Source: Candidatus Nomurabacteria bacterium (GTDB lineage Bacteria > Patescibacteriota > Minisyncoccia > Phycocordibacterales > UBA9973). Taken from it: DNA of 64,000 nucleotides. The notes below the pieces were generated by a model that made no database searches, had not been told where the DNA came from, and saw only the letters and a program-made list of their open reading frames with translations. The DNA lies in NCBI GenBank assembly GCA_029288725.1, contig JARIGS010000015.1:3518-67517 (forward strand), written 5' to 3'. The position numbers and the translations under genes are program-made. This document shows positions 28,533-37,636 of the stretch, in pieces (position 1 is the first letter of the stretch; each line of letters starts with the position of its first letter).

Positions 28533-29018
28533 TTAAATGGTTTTAAGAGCAGGATCGATAGTTTCAGATGGGGTAACTTTAAAAAACGGTATAGGTTTTT
28601 TAAATAAAACAGGAATCACGTCTCCTATTTTCTGTCCCCGATATTTATCACAACGGATAGTAGTGTCTGGTATGCCGTCATGGTTAGTATCAACATCGAG
28701 TTCCACTTTTTCTATAAGGCAGACTTTTGTTTCCGCATTTCCGTTATGTAATCCTATTTCTAATTTAGCTGGACCAGCAGTAAGACTATCTGGATCAGTT
28801 AGCCTTCCGAGACATATGTTATTTTCCTCGCCCTTAATAAAAATGTAGACGTTTACTTTTTTAATTACTCCTCTTTTTTCAAAAGAAACAAAGTGTTGTT
28901 TTTGAGGAGCAATATCAATGTTTCGCTCTACGGTAATTACATTTCGTTTTGCATTAATAATGCTAAGCTCTATTATTATTAATGAAGCATACATACATCC
29001 AAAAATAAAATTTTTCAT
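28533..29018 (-). CDS. Hypothetical exported protein (orphan)
   Basis: N-terminal hydrophobic segment, DTNHDGIPD motif; TTGACA-17-TAATAT upstream. Confidence 0.6.
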   Translation of the reverse strand: MKNFIFGCMYASLIIIELSIINAKRNVITVERNIDIAPQKQHFVSFEKRGVIKKVNVYIFIKGEENNICLGRLTDPDSLTAGPAKLEIGLHNGNAETKVCLIEKVELDVDTNHDGIPDTTIRCDKYRGQKIGDVIPVLFKKPIPFFKVTPSETIDPALKTI

Positions 29019-29174
29019 ATTAATTTGTTAAGGTTTGAACTCAATTTTCTATTCTTTTTTATATTATCACATTTTTAATAAAATGTCAATATGTACGTTG
29101 CTCGGTAACGCACATATTACATAAATAAAAAAAGCCTCCGAATTGCTTCGGGGGCTTTTGTTCAATCTTTGGGG

Positions 29175-29351
29175 TCATCCGTTCTTGCAGGACGCTCTTT
29201 TGGCCGTAACGCAAAACGACAGTACTCCGACCGCACACAAAAGTGTGGATACAATCAGGAAGTTAGGAACGTCATGGAAGAGGCCGGTAATGAGCCCGGG
29301 TATTCCTATAGCGAAAGGAATACAGGAAAGAAGGGTGCTTCGCTGTTTCAT
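29175..29351 (-). CDS. 58-aa two-TM orphan (not in ORF track)
   Basis: MKQRSTLLSCIPFAIGIPGLITGLFHDVPNFLIVSTLLCAVGVLSFCVTAKRASCKNG; TTGACT-17-TATAAT upstream and hairpin terminator downstream. Confidence 0.55.
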   Translation of the reverse strand: MKQRSTLLSCIPFAIGIPGLITGLFHDVPNFLIVSTLLCAVGVLSFCVTAKRASCKNG

Positions 29352-29428
29352 TAAAAATGGGCTAAATAGTGAAAATATAACTTTCCTTTATTATAATACT
29401 ATTTTTTAAAAAAGTCAAGCACCCTCCC

Positions 29429-29457
29429 TTGTCAAAAGGCATTGTAAGTGCTATATT
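29429..29457 (+). promoter_or_regulatory. rpsB-tsf promoter
   Basis: TTGTCA-17 nt-TATATT with TG extension. Confidence 0.65.
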
Positions 29458-29500
29458 TACGGCTCGTCAATTGGACGAAATTATTCAGAAATTAAGGCTT

Positions 29501-29529
29501 GTCTCGCCATAGCGAAAGCGACGGCGGAT
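29501..29529. repeat. Family B palindromic element in rpsB 5' leader
   Basis: gtctcgccatagcgaaagcgacggcggat. Confidence 0.6.
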
Positions 29530-29569
29530 CGGGTGTCGAAACCCTATATACAGGCCTGCTACAGATTGT

Positions 29570-30241
29570 ATGAAAAAAATAAACCCTCAAGACCTCATGG
29601 AGGCAGGTGTCCACTATGGATACTCACGTACTCGTCGCCACCCTACCGTTACCAAGTTTATCTATGGTACCAAGGACAAGGTAGACATTATTGATCTCGA
29701 AAAGACCGTTCCTCAGATTGAAGCTGCGGCTAATTTCCTTCAAGGACTTGGTGCAAGCGGCAAGACCGTTTTCTTCGTTGGTGTAAAGCCAGAATCACGC
29801 AATGCGATTCATGAAGTAAGCAGCCTATTGAAGCAGCCATATGTTACGGAACGTTGGATCGGTGGTATTCTCACCAACTTCGGTGAAATCAAGCGCCGCA
29901 TTCAGAAACTTGAGGACCTTCGCGAAAAGAAGGCTTCAGGCGAACTTGCAAAGTTCACTAAAAAGGAACAGCTTTTGCTTCAGCGTGAAGAAGAGCGTCT
30001 TAACAAGTACTTCGGCGGTCTCGTTGGTGTGAACAAGCTTCCTGATGCCATCGTTGTGGTGGACTCTAAGAAGGAGCACATTGCCGTTGCGGAAGCACGC
30101 AAGAGCAATATTCCAATCGTTGCAATCGGCAACACTGACTGTTCTATTCGTGAAATCGACTATCCTATCATTGCCAATGACAGTTCCGCTTCTTCTATTG
30201 CGGCAATTCTTGGTATACTAAAGGACGCGTTTCAAGGTTAA
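29570..30241 (+). CDS. rpsB: 30S ribosomal protein S2
   Basis: EAGVHYG, RWIGGILTNF, PIIAND. Confidence 0.97.
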   Translation: MKKINPQDLMEAGVHYGYSRTRRHPTVTKFIYGTKDKVDIIDLEKTVPQIEAAANFLQGLGASGKTVFFVGVKPESRNAIHEVSSLLKQPYVTERWIGGILTNFGEIKRRIQKLEDLREKKASGELAKFTKKEQLLLQREEERLNKYFGGLVGVNKLPDAIVVVDSKKEHIAVAEARKSNIPIVAIGNTDCSIREIDYPIIANDSSASSIAAILGILKDAFQG

Positions 30242-30267
30242 TTAATAAGCGTAACATTTAAAAAAAT

Positions 30268-31050
30268 ATGATCACTACCGAACAAGTAAAAGAACTTCGC
30301 GATAAGACTGGCATTTCCATCATGCAGTGCCGCAAGGCCTTGGAAGAAGCCAATGGTGATATGGAAAAGGCCATGGTTATCCTTCAGAAGAAAGGCGGTG
30401 AAGCTGCCCAGAAGAAGGCTGATCGTTCAGCGGCAGACGGCATCGTAGTAATGCGTACTGACGGTAGTCGCGCTCTTACCTTGGTGTTGAACTGCGAAAC
30501 TGATTTCGTAGCAAAGAACGAGGACTTCGTGAATCTTGCCAATGCTCTCGCTGACCTCGCATGGGCAGAAGGCGTAGAAGTAATGCAGGAAAAGGCTCCT
30601 GAAATGATCAATGCTGTCGTATTGAAGACTGGTGAGAACATCCAGCTTGGCGGCGTAGAAGACCTTAAGGGTGAAGTGGTTAGTGGCTATGCTCACTTTG
30701 ACCACAAGTCAGCGGCAGTCGTAAGTCTTAGCGGCGGTACACCAGAAGTAGCAAAGGACATTGCAATGCACGTTGCAGCAATGAAGCCAAGTTTCCTCCA
30801 CAAGGATGAAATCTCTGCGGAAAACGTTGCAACGGTGAAGTCAGTGATGGAAGAGGAAGTAGCCGCTCAGAGTGAGGGCAAGCCTCAGGAAATCAAGGAC
30901 AAGATGCTTGAAGGCAAGATCAATGCATTCTTTGCTGAACAGACTCTACTCAACCAGCCATTCTTCAAGGCACCAGAAAAGACCATTGAACAGTATGCGA
31001 AGGAACATGGCGCAACCGTTCAGAAGTTCACTCTTCACACTGTTGCCTAA
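30268..31050 (+). CDS. tsf: Elongation factor Ts
   Basis: VKELRDKTG..MQCRKAL, NCETDFVA, IAMHVAA. Confidence 0.97.
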   Translation: MITTEQVKELRDKTGISIMQCRKALEEANGDMEKAMVILQKKGGEAAQKKADRSAADGIVVMRTDGSRALTLVLNCETDFVAKNEDFVNLANALADLAWAEGVEVMQEKAPEMINAVVLKTGENIQLGGVEDLKGEVVSGYAHFDHKSAAVVSLSGGTPEVAKDIAMHVAAMKPSFLHKDEISAENVATVKSVMEEEVAAQSEGKPQEIKDKMLEGKINAFFAEQTLLNQPFFKAPEKTIEQYAKEHGATVQKFTLHTVA

Positions 31051-31056
31051 CCCCTC

Positions 31057-31452
31057 ATGATCACCTTCCTTGCCATCACTGCTGCTGTGCTCGCCCTTGC
31101 GCTTTGGCTCACTACCATGGCACTGTGGCGACAGGCTGAACAGGGTCAGGAAGTGAAAACGATCAAGCAGCAGGATGTGATCGGGCAATGGAACAAGGCC
31201 AAGCGATTGGCTCGTCGCAGTTGGTACGGTGGCTTGCGCTACAGCAAGCAGGCAACCCATTGGGGCAATACCAAGGTTCGTAAGGCATTCATTGCCATAT
31301 TCCCCCGCTCTCAGGCTGCCTTCATCCATCCAGATCCACTGACTGGATTGCAACATGGTCCCTCATCGTATTTCTTGGCCAGTATTTCCAAGCCTTCAAA
31401 AAAGGCAAAGACCAAGAAAAAGGAGGTTCTAAAAAATTTGTCAGAAGAATAA
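31057..31452 (+). CDS. Hypothetical membrane-anchored basic protein
   Basis: N-terminal TM; follows tsf by 6 nt. Confidence 0.65.
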   Translation: MITFLAITAAVLALALWLTTMALWRQAEQGQEVKTIKQQDVIGQWNKAKRLARRSWYGGLRYSKQATHWGNTKVRKAFIAIFPRSQAAFIHPDPLTGLQHGPSSYFLASISKPSKKAKTKKKEVLKNLSEE

Positions 31453-31494
31453 AAATTTGCTATCCTAGGCGTACCAAATCCTCCTAGGATATGT

Positions 31495-31570
31495 GCCGGA
31501 TTAGCTCAGTTGGTAGAGCAACGCTTTTGTAAAGCGAAGGTCGTCAGTTCAAGTCTGACATCCGGCTCCA
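31495..31570 (+). tRNA. tRNA-Thr(TGT) with encoded CCA
   Basis: GCCGGATTAGCTCAGTTGGTAGAGCAACGCTTTTGTAAAGCGAAGGTCGTCAGTTCAAGTCTGACATCCGGCTCCA. Confidence 0.96.
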
Positions 31571-31603
31571 AAAAGAAAACCCCCTTTCGGGGGTTTTCTT
31601 TTT
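31571..31603. terminator. Bidirectional intrinsic terminator
   Basis: aaaagaaaacccc..ggggttttctttt. Confidence 0.85.
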
Positions 31604-32291
31604 ATTTCGATGTGGCTGCCTTTTTGACAGCTGTTGTAGCCGTTGCTGCTTTTGGAGGATTGGTCAGCGTTGTCGGTAATGCTTTCTTGAGAGCATCCAC
31701 AGACATGAAGCCGCTGTAGGTTTTGCCATCGATTACCAGTGATGGTAACGTGCTTGGAATTTTATAAATACTAAGCAGTGCACGGATCGTAGAGCTGTCG
31801 AGATGGGCATCAAATGAATAGAGACGAATTGATGGATACTGCTGACGCAGTGCATCGAGGGCGTAGCCCTGATTGACGCAGTCCTGACAGATATCCTTGT
31901 TCGCATAGAAATACAGGATGGTCACGGTATTCTGCTTACAGCGTTCTGCAATGCGCTTGGTGAGCAGGAAGTCCTTCACTTCAAGGACGCTGTACTGCTG
32001 CTTTAGCAGGGCTAGCTGGGTCTGATCACCGAAATTCTGCTCACCATAGGTGATCTTGTCAGCAAGGTCGGAGATCTCGCTGGAGAGGTAGTTTGAGGTG
32101 TCCTGACAGGATGCTTCCTGAAGAAGGTCAAACTGCGTCTCTGATGAAAGGACATCCACCGTTGCCTGGTTTTGAGCCTCCTTGATTTCTGCCAGCTTGC
32201 GATCGTTGATATAGACACTGAACAACCATGCCGCAATAAAGACGCTGATAGTGATGATGAGTACGATAAAATATTTCCTAAATCCCTTCAT
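31602..32291 (-). CDS. Membrane-anchored protein with thioredoxin-like CxxC domain
   Basis: TM, coiled coil, ILYFY..CQDC..QGYALD, PSLVIDG. Confidence 0.7.
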   Translation of the reverse strand: MKGFRKYFIVLIITISVFIAAWLFSVYINDRKLAEIKEAQNQATVDVLSSETQFDLLQEASCQDTSNYLSSEISDLADKITYGEQNFGDQTQLALLKQQYSVLEVKDFLLTKRIAERCKQNTVTILYFYANKDICQDCVNQGYALDALRQQYPSIRLYSFDAHLDSSTIRALLSIYKIPSTLPSLVIDGKTYSGFMSVDALKKALPTTLTNPPKAATATTAVKKAATSK

Positions 32292-32295
32292 ATGA

Positions 32296-33549
32296 TTATC
32301 GCCATGCCGGCTGACCACGTCGTGCTATTGTATTCCAAACAGCCTTCAAAAGCCAGAATGGGGCGATGACACTGTAGATCAGGATATAGGCAATGATGTG
32401 CCAGTTTAGACCATTACCCTGCTTGTTCAAACGGGTTCCCGCAACGATAGAAAAGATGAGCAGCGCATAGAGAAATATCGTAAGCAATGACACGGTCTGC
32501 GTATTGATATAGAACCAGTCAAAATGGAGATGGATCGTGCCACCGTGATGAAAGCCGGCAATGCTGTACTGGGTAATTTTCTTAACAATGAAAAGAACGG
32601 CATCATAGGCGAATACTAATGATAGGTACACCACGGCAATGATCGAGATAATACCTGATGGCAGGGTGAAGAATGAGAAGTTCATGTATTCCTTCTTGAA
32701 AACCAGGCGACGGTAATCAATGGTGTTTTGGATAAAGCCATAAATCCAACGCAAGCGCTGCACGTAGAGTTTCTTTACGGTATTTGGAGAGCGGGTGTAG
32801 ACATAGGCATTGACGCAGTGCTCAATCGGCAAATGATGCTCCTGCATGCGGTAGGCCAATTCCTGGTCTTCAGTATTGTGAGCCTTGCGGAATTTTCCGA
32901 CCTGCTGAAATGTTTCCTTGCGGAATAATGAAAACGGTCCAGGGGTAACGTGAATAGCACCAAGCAGTGACAGCATTTTCTTGTTGTAGGTGCTCATGTT
33001 GTATTCGGCACGCTGGGCAAATTGCAAAAGGTTTTTTGGCTCATCAACAATCAGTGATGGAGTGACGGCCATAGTCTTCGGATGAGCCTGGAAGACACCG
33101 ATCATGCGACGAAGAGCATCGGGTGCAACAAATGAGTCAGCGTCAAGACCGCCGATGATATCAGCATCGGTATTATCAATACCAAAGTTAATGGCAGTGT
33201 GCTTACCACCATTTTCCTTATGGAAGATGCGCACGCGATCGTGGTTTTCATACTTCAATAATTCCTGCCAGGTATTATCGGTACTGCCATCATCAACGGC
33301 AATAACTTCCAGTCTGTCAGCCGGATAATCAAGAGCCAGAATGGAGGCAATGGTACCGTGGACCGTCTTTTCCTCATTCCAACAGGGCACGATAATAGCC
33401 ACTTTTGGTGGATTGACCAGGTCAGGCAATGGTTCACGCTTCAGGGCCTTAATTTCCTTAAAATGTTCAAAATACGTGAATAACAAAAAAACCTGCACAT
33501 AGACGGCCAGGAAGATGACAATATACGTCAGAAACTCCGGAATAGTCAT
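32296..33549 (-). CDS. Processive glycosyltransferase family 2 (PgaC/cellulose synthase-like)
   Basis: IVPCWNE, VDDGSTD, LDAD, TED, QRLRW. Confidence 0.92.
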   Translation of the reverse strand: MTIPEFLTYIVIFLAVYVQVFLLFTYFEHFKEIKALKREPLPDLVNPPKVAIIVPCWNEEKTVHGTIASILALDYPADRLEVIAVDDGSTDNTWQELLKYENHDRVRIFHKENGGKHTAINFGIDNTDADIIGGLDADSFVAPDALRRMIGVFQAHPKTMAVTPSLIVDEPKNLLQFAQRAEYNMSTYNKKMLSLLGAIHVTPGPFSLFRKETFQQVGKFRKAHNTEDQELAYRMQEHHLPIEHCVNAYVYTRSPNTVKKLYVQRLRWIYGFIQNTIDYRRLVFKKEYMNFSFFTLPSGIISIIAVVYLSLVFAYDAVLFIVKKITQYSIAGFHHGGTIHLHFDWFYINTQTVSLLTIFLYALLIFSIVAGTRLNKQGNGLNWHIIAYILIYSVIAPFWLLKAVWNTIARRGQPAWR

Positions 33550-33620
33550 AAAATAGGTTCTCCTATCCTAGCACAAAGACCTTATTTTTTCTAGGATAAA
33601 AATGGGGTATACTTTAGGCT

Positions 33621-34376
33621 ATGGAACCACAAGAAACAGCACCTCAAGACCCTATTACTACCCCGAATAAGCCGGCGGTGACGATGGCAGCAGCCCTTGT
33701 CACCTGTGTGGCAATGATTGCCGTTGCATTGATCATTATCATGCACCCAGCAAGTAAGACTGGTACACCAACCGCTACCACTGAACAGTCTGGCACGCCG
33801 ACCAGCATTCCTGCCGAAGTCGCTACCCTTCGCCCAAGTGATATGAATCATGTCCGCGGTGACTTGAGCAAGGCCCAAGTATTGATCTTCGAATATTCCG
33901 ACAGTGACTGTCCATACTGTCAGCGCTTCCACCCTGTATTGCAGCAAGTCGTAAATGACTATCAGGGCAAGGTCGCATGGGTCTATCGTTTCTATCCACT
34001 AACTAGTCTGCATCCTGATGCATACAATGAAGCATTGGCATTGCAGTGTGCGAGTCAGCTCGGCGGCGCAAAGGCATTCAACACGTATCTTGATGCCGCA
34101 ATCAATGTCACCCTTAATCCTGATCCTCAAAGCACCACAATGCTGACGACGATCGCGACCAGTCAGGGTCTTGATGCCACCAAGTTCAATAGCTGTATGA
34201 CTGATCCTGCTACTGCAACCACGATCCAGAACAGCATCCAGGAAGCACAGGCCATTGGTGCTGCAGGCACGCCGTTTAGCGTTGTCGTAAACATCAAAAC
34301 CGGCAAGCAGATCATCATCCCCGGCTCCTACCCTATCGAGGACGTGAAGAAGGATATCGATTCCCTTCTCCAGTAA
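33621..34376 (+). CDS. DsbA-family thiol-disulfide oxidoreductase
   Basis: EYSDSDCPYC, WVYRFYPL..LHP, GTP; N-terminal TM. Confidence 0.92.
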   Translation: MEPQETAPQDPITTPNKPAVTMAAALVTCVAMIAVALIIIMHPASKTGTPTATTEQSGTPTSIPAEVATLRPSDMNHVRGDLSKAQVLIFEYSDSDCPYCQRFHPVLQQVVNDYQGKVAWVYRFYPLTSLHPDAYNEALALQCASQLGGAKAFNTYLDAAINVTLNPDPQSTTMLTTIATSQGLDATKFNSCMTDPATATTIQNSIQEAQAIGAAGTPFSVVVNIKTGKQIIIPGSYPIEDVKKDIDSLLQ

Positions 34377-34394
34377 TCTCACCGCACAACATAC

Positions 34395-34427
34395 AAAAAA
34401 CCGCTCGGAATTTCCGAGCGGTTTTTT
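34395..34427. terminator. Bidirectional intrinsic terminator
   Basis: aaaaaaccgctcggaa-t-ttccgagcggtttttt. Confidence 0.85.
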
Positions 34428-34432
34428 ATGTA

Positions 34433-35806
34433 TTAATCAAAATAATTTCTGAGGCGTTGGATGCGGTCGTTCTGACGAAGCTTTTCGTGCACCTTTGCTT
34501 CAATCTGACGGATACGCTCACGAGTGACTCCGAATTCCTTACCGACTTCCTCGAGGGTGTGCTGTACCCCATCGATCAAACCGTAACGCATTTCAAGAAT
34601 GCGCTTTTCCTTTGGAGAAAGTTCTTCGAGCACGGCACGGATGGCATCCTGCAGCATGCGACGACTAGCTTCCTGGTCAGGGCGAAGAATCTTGTCATCG
34701 GCAATGAACTCACCGAAAGTAGACTTGTCCTCGTCATCACCAATCGGTGATTCCAATGAACGCGTCTCCTGATTGATCTGTTCGATAACGTGAACCTTTT
34801 CAACTTCGATACCCATTTCCATCGCGATTTCTTCCGGCATTGGATCACGTCCCAAGTCCTGGGCCAAGCGACGCATCACCTGCTTGTATTTTGAAATGGT
34901 TTCCACCATGTGAACAGGAATACGGATGGTACGAGACTGGTCAGCCAAGGCACGGGTGATAGACTGTCTGATCCACCAGGTCGCATAGGTTGAGAACTTA
35001 AAGCCCTTAGTATAATCAAATTTTTCTACAGCCTTGAAAAGACCGATGTTGCCTTCCTGGATAAGGTCAAGCAACGTAAGGTCAGCAGTACGGTTGGCAT
35101 ACTTCTTGGCAATTGAAACCACCAAACGGAGGTTGGAGCGGGCAAGAAGGTTTTTTGCCTCAAGATCGCCTGCGGCAATGCGCTTGGCAAATTCCTTTTC
35201 CTGAGCAGCATTGATCAGTGGGTACTGACCGATATCCTTAAGATACATCTGCACGGAGCTGAAACTGTGACTGTCCTTCACGTACTTTGAAAGATCCTCA
35301 CTGTTGTCGATATCAAGCAGGTTTCCTCCTTCAAGGATGTCGATGCCGGCAACGCTGAACTTCTCATAGAGCTCATCGAGGAACATGATGTTGTTTTCGA
35401 TATCAGGAAATGTCTTGAGAATCTCATCGTAGGTAATGAATCCACGCTTCTTACCCTTGGCAATGAGCTCGTCGGATTTTACTTCCATTTCCTTCATTTT
35501 TTTCTCACTATTGTTTTCGCGACGCGGTGGTGTGCCCGCATGACGAATAGTGATTGGCTTTGGCTTGTTTTTCGCCACTGCCGGAGCAGCTTTTGCGACA
35601 ACCTTTCCTCGGCCCGCCGTAGCTTTAGCGGAGGAGGCTTTGGTAGCTTTTTTGACTGGAGCCTTTTTTACCGCAGTCTTTACTTTCTGGGGAGCAACTT
35701 TGACTGGCTTTTTACCCTTAGCCATCTGGGTCTTCTTTGGCGCTGATGCGCTCTTCTTTGCTACTTTCTTCGGTTGTGCTTTCTTAGCTGGTTTTTTGTT
35801 TGGCAT
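34433..35806 (-). CDS. rpoD: Primary sigma factor with Lys/Ala-rich N-terminal extension
   Basis: [43 protein letters not shown]. Confidence 0.97.
   Translation of the reverse strand: MPNKKPAKKAQPKKVAKKSASAPKKTQMAKGKKPVKVAPQKVKTAVKKAPVKKATKASSAKATAGRGKVVAKAAPAVAKNKPKPITIRHAGTPPRRENNSEKKMKEMEVKSDELIAKGKKRGFITYDEILKTFPDIENNIMFLDELYEKFSVAGIDILEGGNLLDIDNSEDLSKYVKDSHSFSSVQMYLKDIGQYPLINAAQEKEFAKRIAAGDLEAKNLLARSNLRLVVSIAKKYANRTADLTLLDLIQEGNIGLFKAVEKFDYTKGFKFSTYATWWIRQSITRALADQSRTIRIPVHMVETISKYKQVMRRLAQDLGRDPMPEEIAMEMGIEVEKVHVIEQINQETRSLESPIGDDEDKSTFGEFIADDKILRPDQEASRRMLQDAIRAVLEELSPKEKRILEMRYGLIDGVQHTLEEVGKEFGVTRERIRQIEAKVHEKLRQNDRIQRLRNYFD
35613..35637. repeat. Family B palindromic element in frame in rpoD (SSAKATAG)
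   Basis: cccgccgtagctttagcggaggagg. Confidence 0.75.
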
Positions 35807-35850
35807 ATATAGTTCATTCGTATCATCATTGAAAATAGGAGAAATGTCAA

Positions 35851-35878
35851 CCCGCCTTCGGTAAACCTACGGCGAGGC
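35851..35878. repeat. Family B palindromic element between dnaG and rpoD
   Basis: Reverse complement gcctcgccgtaggtttaccgaaggcggg; compensatory GG/CC in place of GC/GC. Confidence 0.7.
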
Positions 35879-35897
35879 AAGGTCCCTCGGGCCATCA

Positions 35898-37631
35898 CTA
35901 CGATCCGTGACGGCGTTGGTGGAGTTTTTGCAGTAGTGCAAGATAGTGCAATTCCATTTCCTCATCACGCTGCTGCTTGGCCTCGTTCATCTTCATGGCA
36001 TATTCAAAGCGCAACTGTTCGAGAAATTGCGCAATGATAGTCTGAACCAGTTCCCCCATCACTTCCTCACGCTGTTCGACGGAAAATAACGCGTATTCTT
36101 TTTCTACCGCTGCCAATACGCGCTCGCGCTGCTCATCAGTGAGCGGTGTGAGCATGATTGAGCGATCGTCAAAGCGAAAGGTGCTGAGCGTTTCCATGTG
36201 ATGTGCCATGAGTTCACCGGGAAACAGTTCGCTCAAGGCAATGAAACGTTCGGTGTGACTTATAGGAAGAGCTTGCTTCGTTATGCCGGAAATCGTACCA
36301 GTAGGTGCAGGCACAGTGGCCGTTGCCATAAAGCCATTAAACTCGTCAGTGACTTCCTTGATACCAATACTGGATTCAGCCGCAATAGTATTGAGATAGA
36401 CCTGGCGCTCAACAGCAGAACTGACTCGAGCGAGAAATGGAAAGAGCCGGGTGCGCAAGGCAAGCTTGAGCTGGTGGGCGGACGTTACGGTTTTTTGAAT
36501 AGCATGCAAGGTATGAAGAATGAAGTGCTCACTGTTTTTGAGGAGCTCTTTCCAGGCTTCACTTCGCTCAGCCCCTACGCTATCGCTTCGGCCCGAGAAA
36601 AAATCAGCAGGGTCCATGCCTTCCGGCAATGCCACCACTTTTGGATTCATGCCCAGTGACAATGCCACCAAGGCTGCGCGCTCAAGTGCCTTCTGTCCGG
36701 CCGCATCCCCATCAAATGCCAAAAAGATATTTGGGGTAAGGCGAGCTAGGACTGACAGATGGGCACTAGGATCTCCCACGACGGACTCTGACACGGCCGT
36801 ACCGGACGTTGCGATGGTATTTTTAAACCCGGCCTGATGACTAAGGACCAGGTCCATCTGCCCTTCTACGAGAATGGCAAAGTTATGCTTCTTGATCGGA
36901 CCCTTGGCCTTGTCGAAACCAAAGAGCACGCGAGACTTGTGGAAGATTTCCGTCTCTGGGCTGTTGAGGTATTTTGGACTCTGTTCCCCATCCTTTGTCA
37001 CTTCCGGAAAAATACGTCCGGAAAACGCTACTACTCGCCCACTGCCATCCATCATCGGAAAGATAATGCGGCCACGAAAGCGGTCATAATACCCCTTTTC
37101 TGTTTTCTTAATCAGTCCTGCCCGCTCATAGTAACCGGCACTCGTTTCATCAAGACCACCGGCAAGCGTGCGCCACTCGATTGGTGCATAGCCGATGCGA
37201 AATTGATCAATACTTTCCTGGGTCAGTCCCCGCTTGAACAAATACTGCAATGCATCCGGTGCATGCTTGAGCACATCCTGATACTTTTTTGTTGCCGCTT
37301 CCATGGCAGCAAAAACACTGTCCGTTGGTTCAACCTTGGTATTCTGGGTCGTCATGACGATGCCGGCCCGATCAGCCAAAACCTTCAGGGTTCCCTTGAA
37401 ATCCAACCCTTCAAACTGCTGCACGAAGTTAATGACGTCACCTTTTGCCCCGCAGCCAAAGCAATAGTAAAGACCGCGTTCCGGCGAAACCGAGAACGAC
37501 GCAGTCTTTTCATTATGGAAGGGACATCGAGCCTTGAACTGAGTGCCGGATGGTTCTAGTGTAATGTAGGTCGACAGTACTTCGGTGATAGGCAATCGAT
37601 GTTTTATTTGTTCGATCAACCCGTTATCCAT
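35898..37631 (-). CDS. dnaG: DNA primase
   Basis: CPFHNEKTASF..CFGC, DRFRGRIIFP, KYLNSPET, VEGQMD, FDGDAAG, DPAD. Confidence 0.97.
   Translation of the reverse strand: MDNGLIEQIKHRLPITEVLSTYITLEPSGTQFKARCPFHNEKTASFSVSPERGLYYCFGCGAKGDVINFVQQFEGLDFKGTLKVLADRAGIVMTTQNTKVEPTDSVFAAMEAATKKYQDVLKHAPDALQYLFKRGLTQESIDQFRIGYAPIEWRTLAGGLDETSAGYYERAGLIKKTEKGYYDRFRGRIIFPMMDGSGRVVAFSGRIFPEVTKDGEQSPKYLNSPETEIFHKSRVLFGFDKAKGPIKKHNFAILVEGQMDLVLSHQAGFKNTIATSGTAVSESVVGDPSAHLSVLARLTPNIFLAFDGDAAGQKALERAALVALSLGMNPKVVALPEGMDPADFFSGRSDSVGAERSEAWKELLKNSEHFILHTLHAIQKTVTSAHQLKLALRTRLFPFLARVSSAVERQVYLNTIAAESSIGIKEVTDEFNGFMATATVPAPTGTISGITKQALPISHTERFIALSELFPGELMAHHMETLSTFRFDDRSIMLTPLTDEQRERVLAAVEKEYALFSVEQREEVMGELVQTIIAQFLEQLRFEYAMKMNEAKQQRDEEMELHYLALLQKLHQRRHGS
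36556..36595. repeat. Composite B plus A-like element in frame in dnaG (GRSDSVGAERSEA)
   Basis: Coding strand cgggccgaagcgatagcgtaggggctgagcgaagtgaagc directly after the DPAD motif. Confidence 0.6.
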
Positions 37632-37636
37632 TTTCC

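Noticed and set aside
29143-29409. Plus-strand ORFs 29143-29409 and 29169-29354
   Set aside because: A minus-strand two-TM ORF with promoter and terminator explains the region better
35540-35806. Lys/Ala-rich low-complexity RpoD N-terminus as a novel domain
   Set aside because: Such extensions are known in primary sigma factors; only the embedded palindrome is notable
36837-37559. Long antisense or alternate-frame ORFs (also 4461-5036, 25192-25797, 51070-51654, 62814-63500)
   Set aside because: They shadow well-supported genes and have no recognisable motifs
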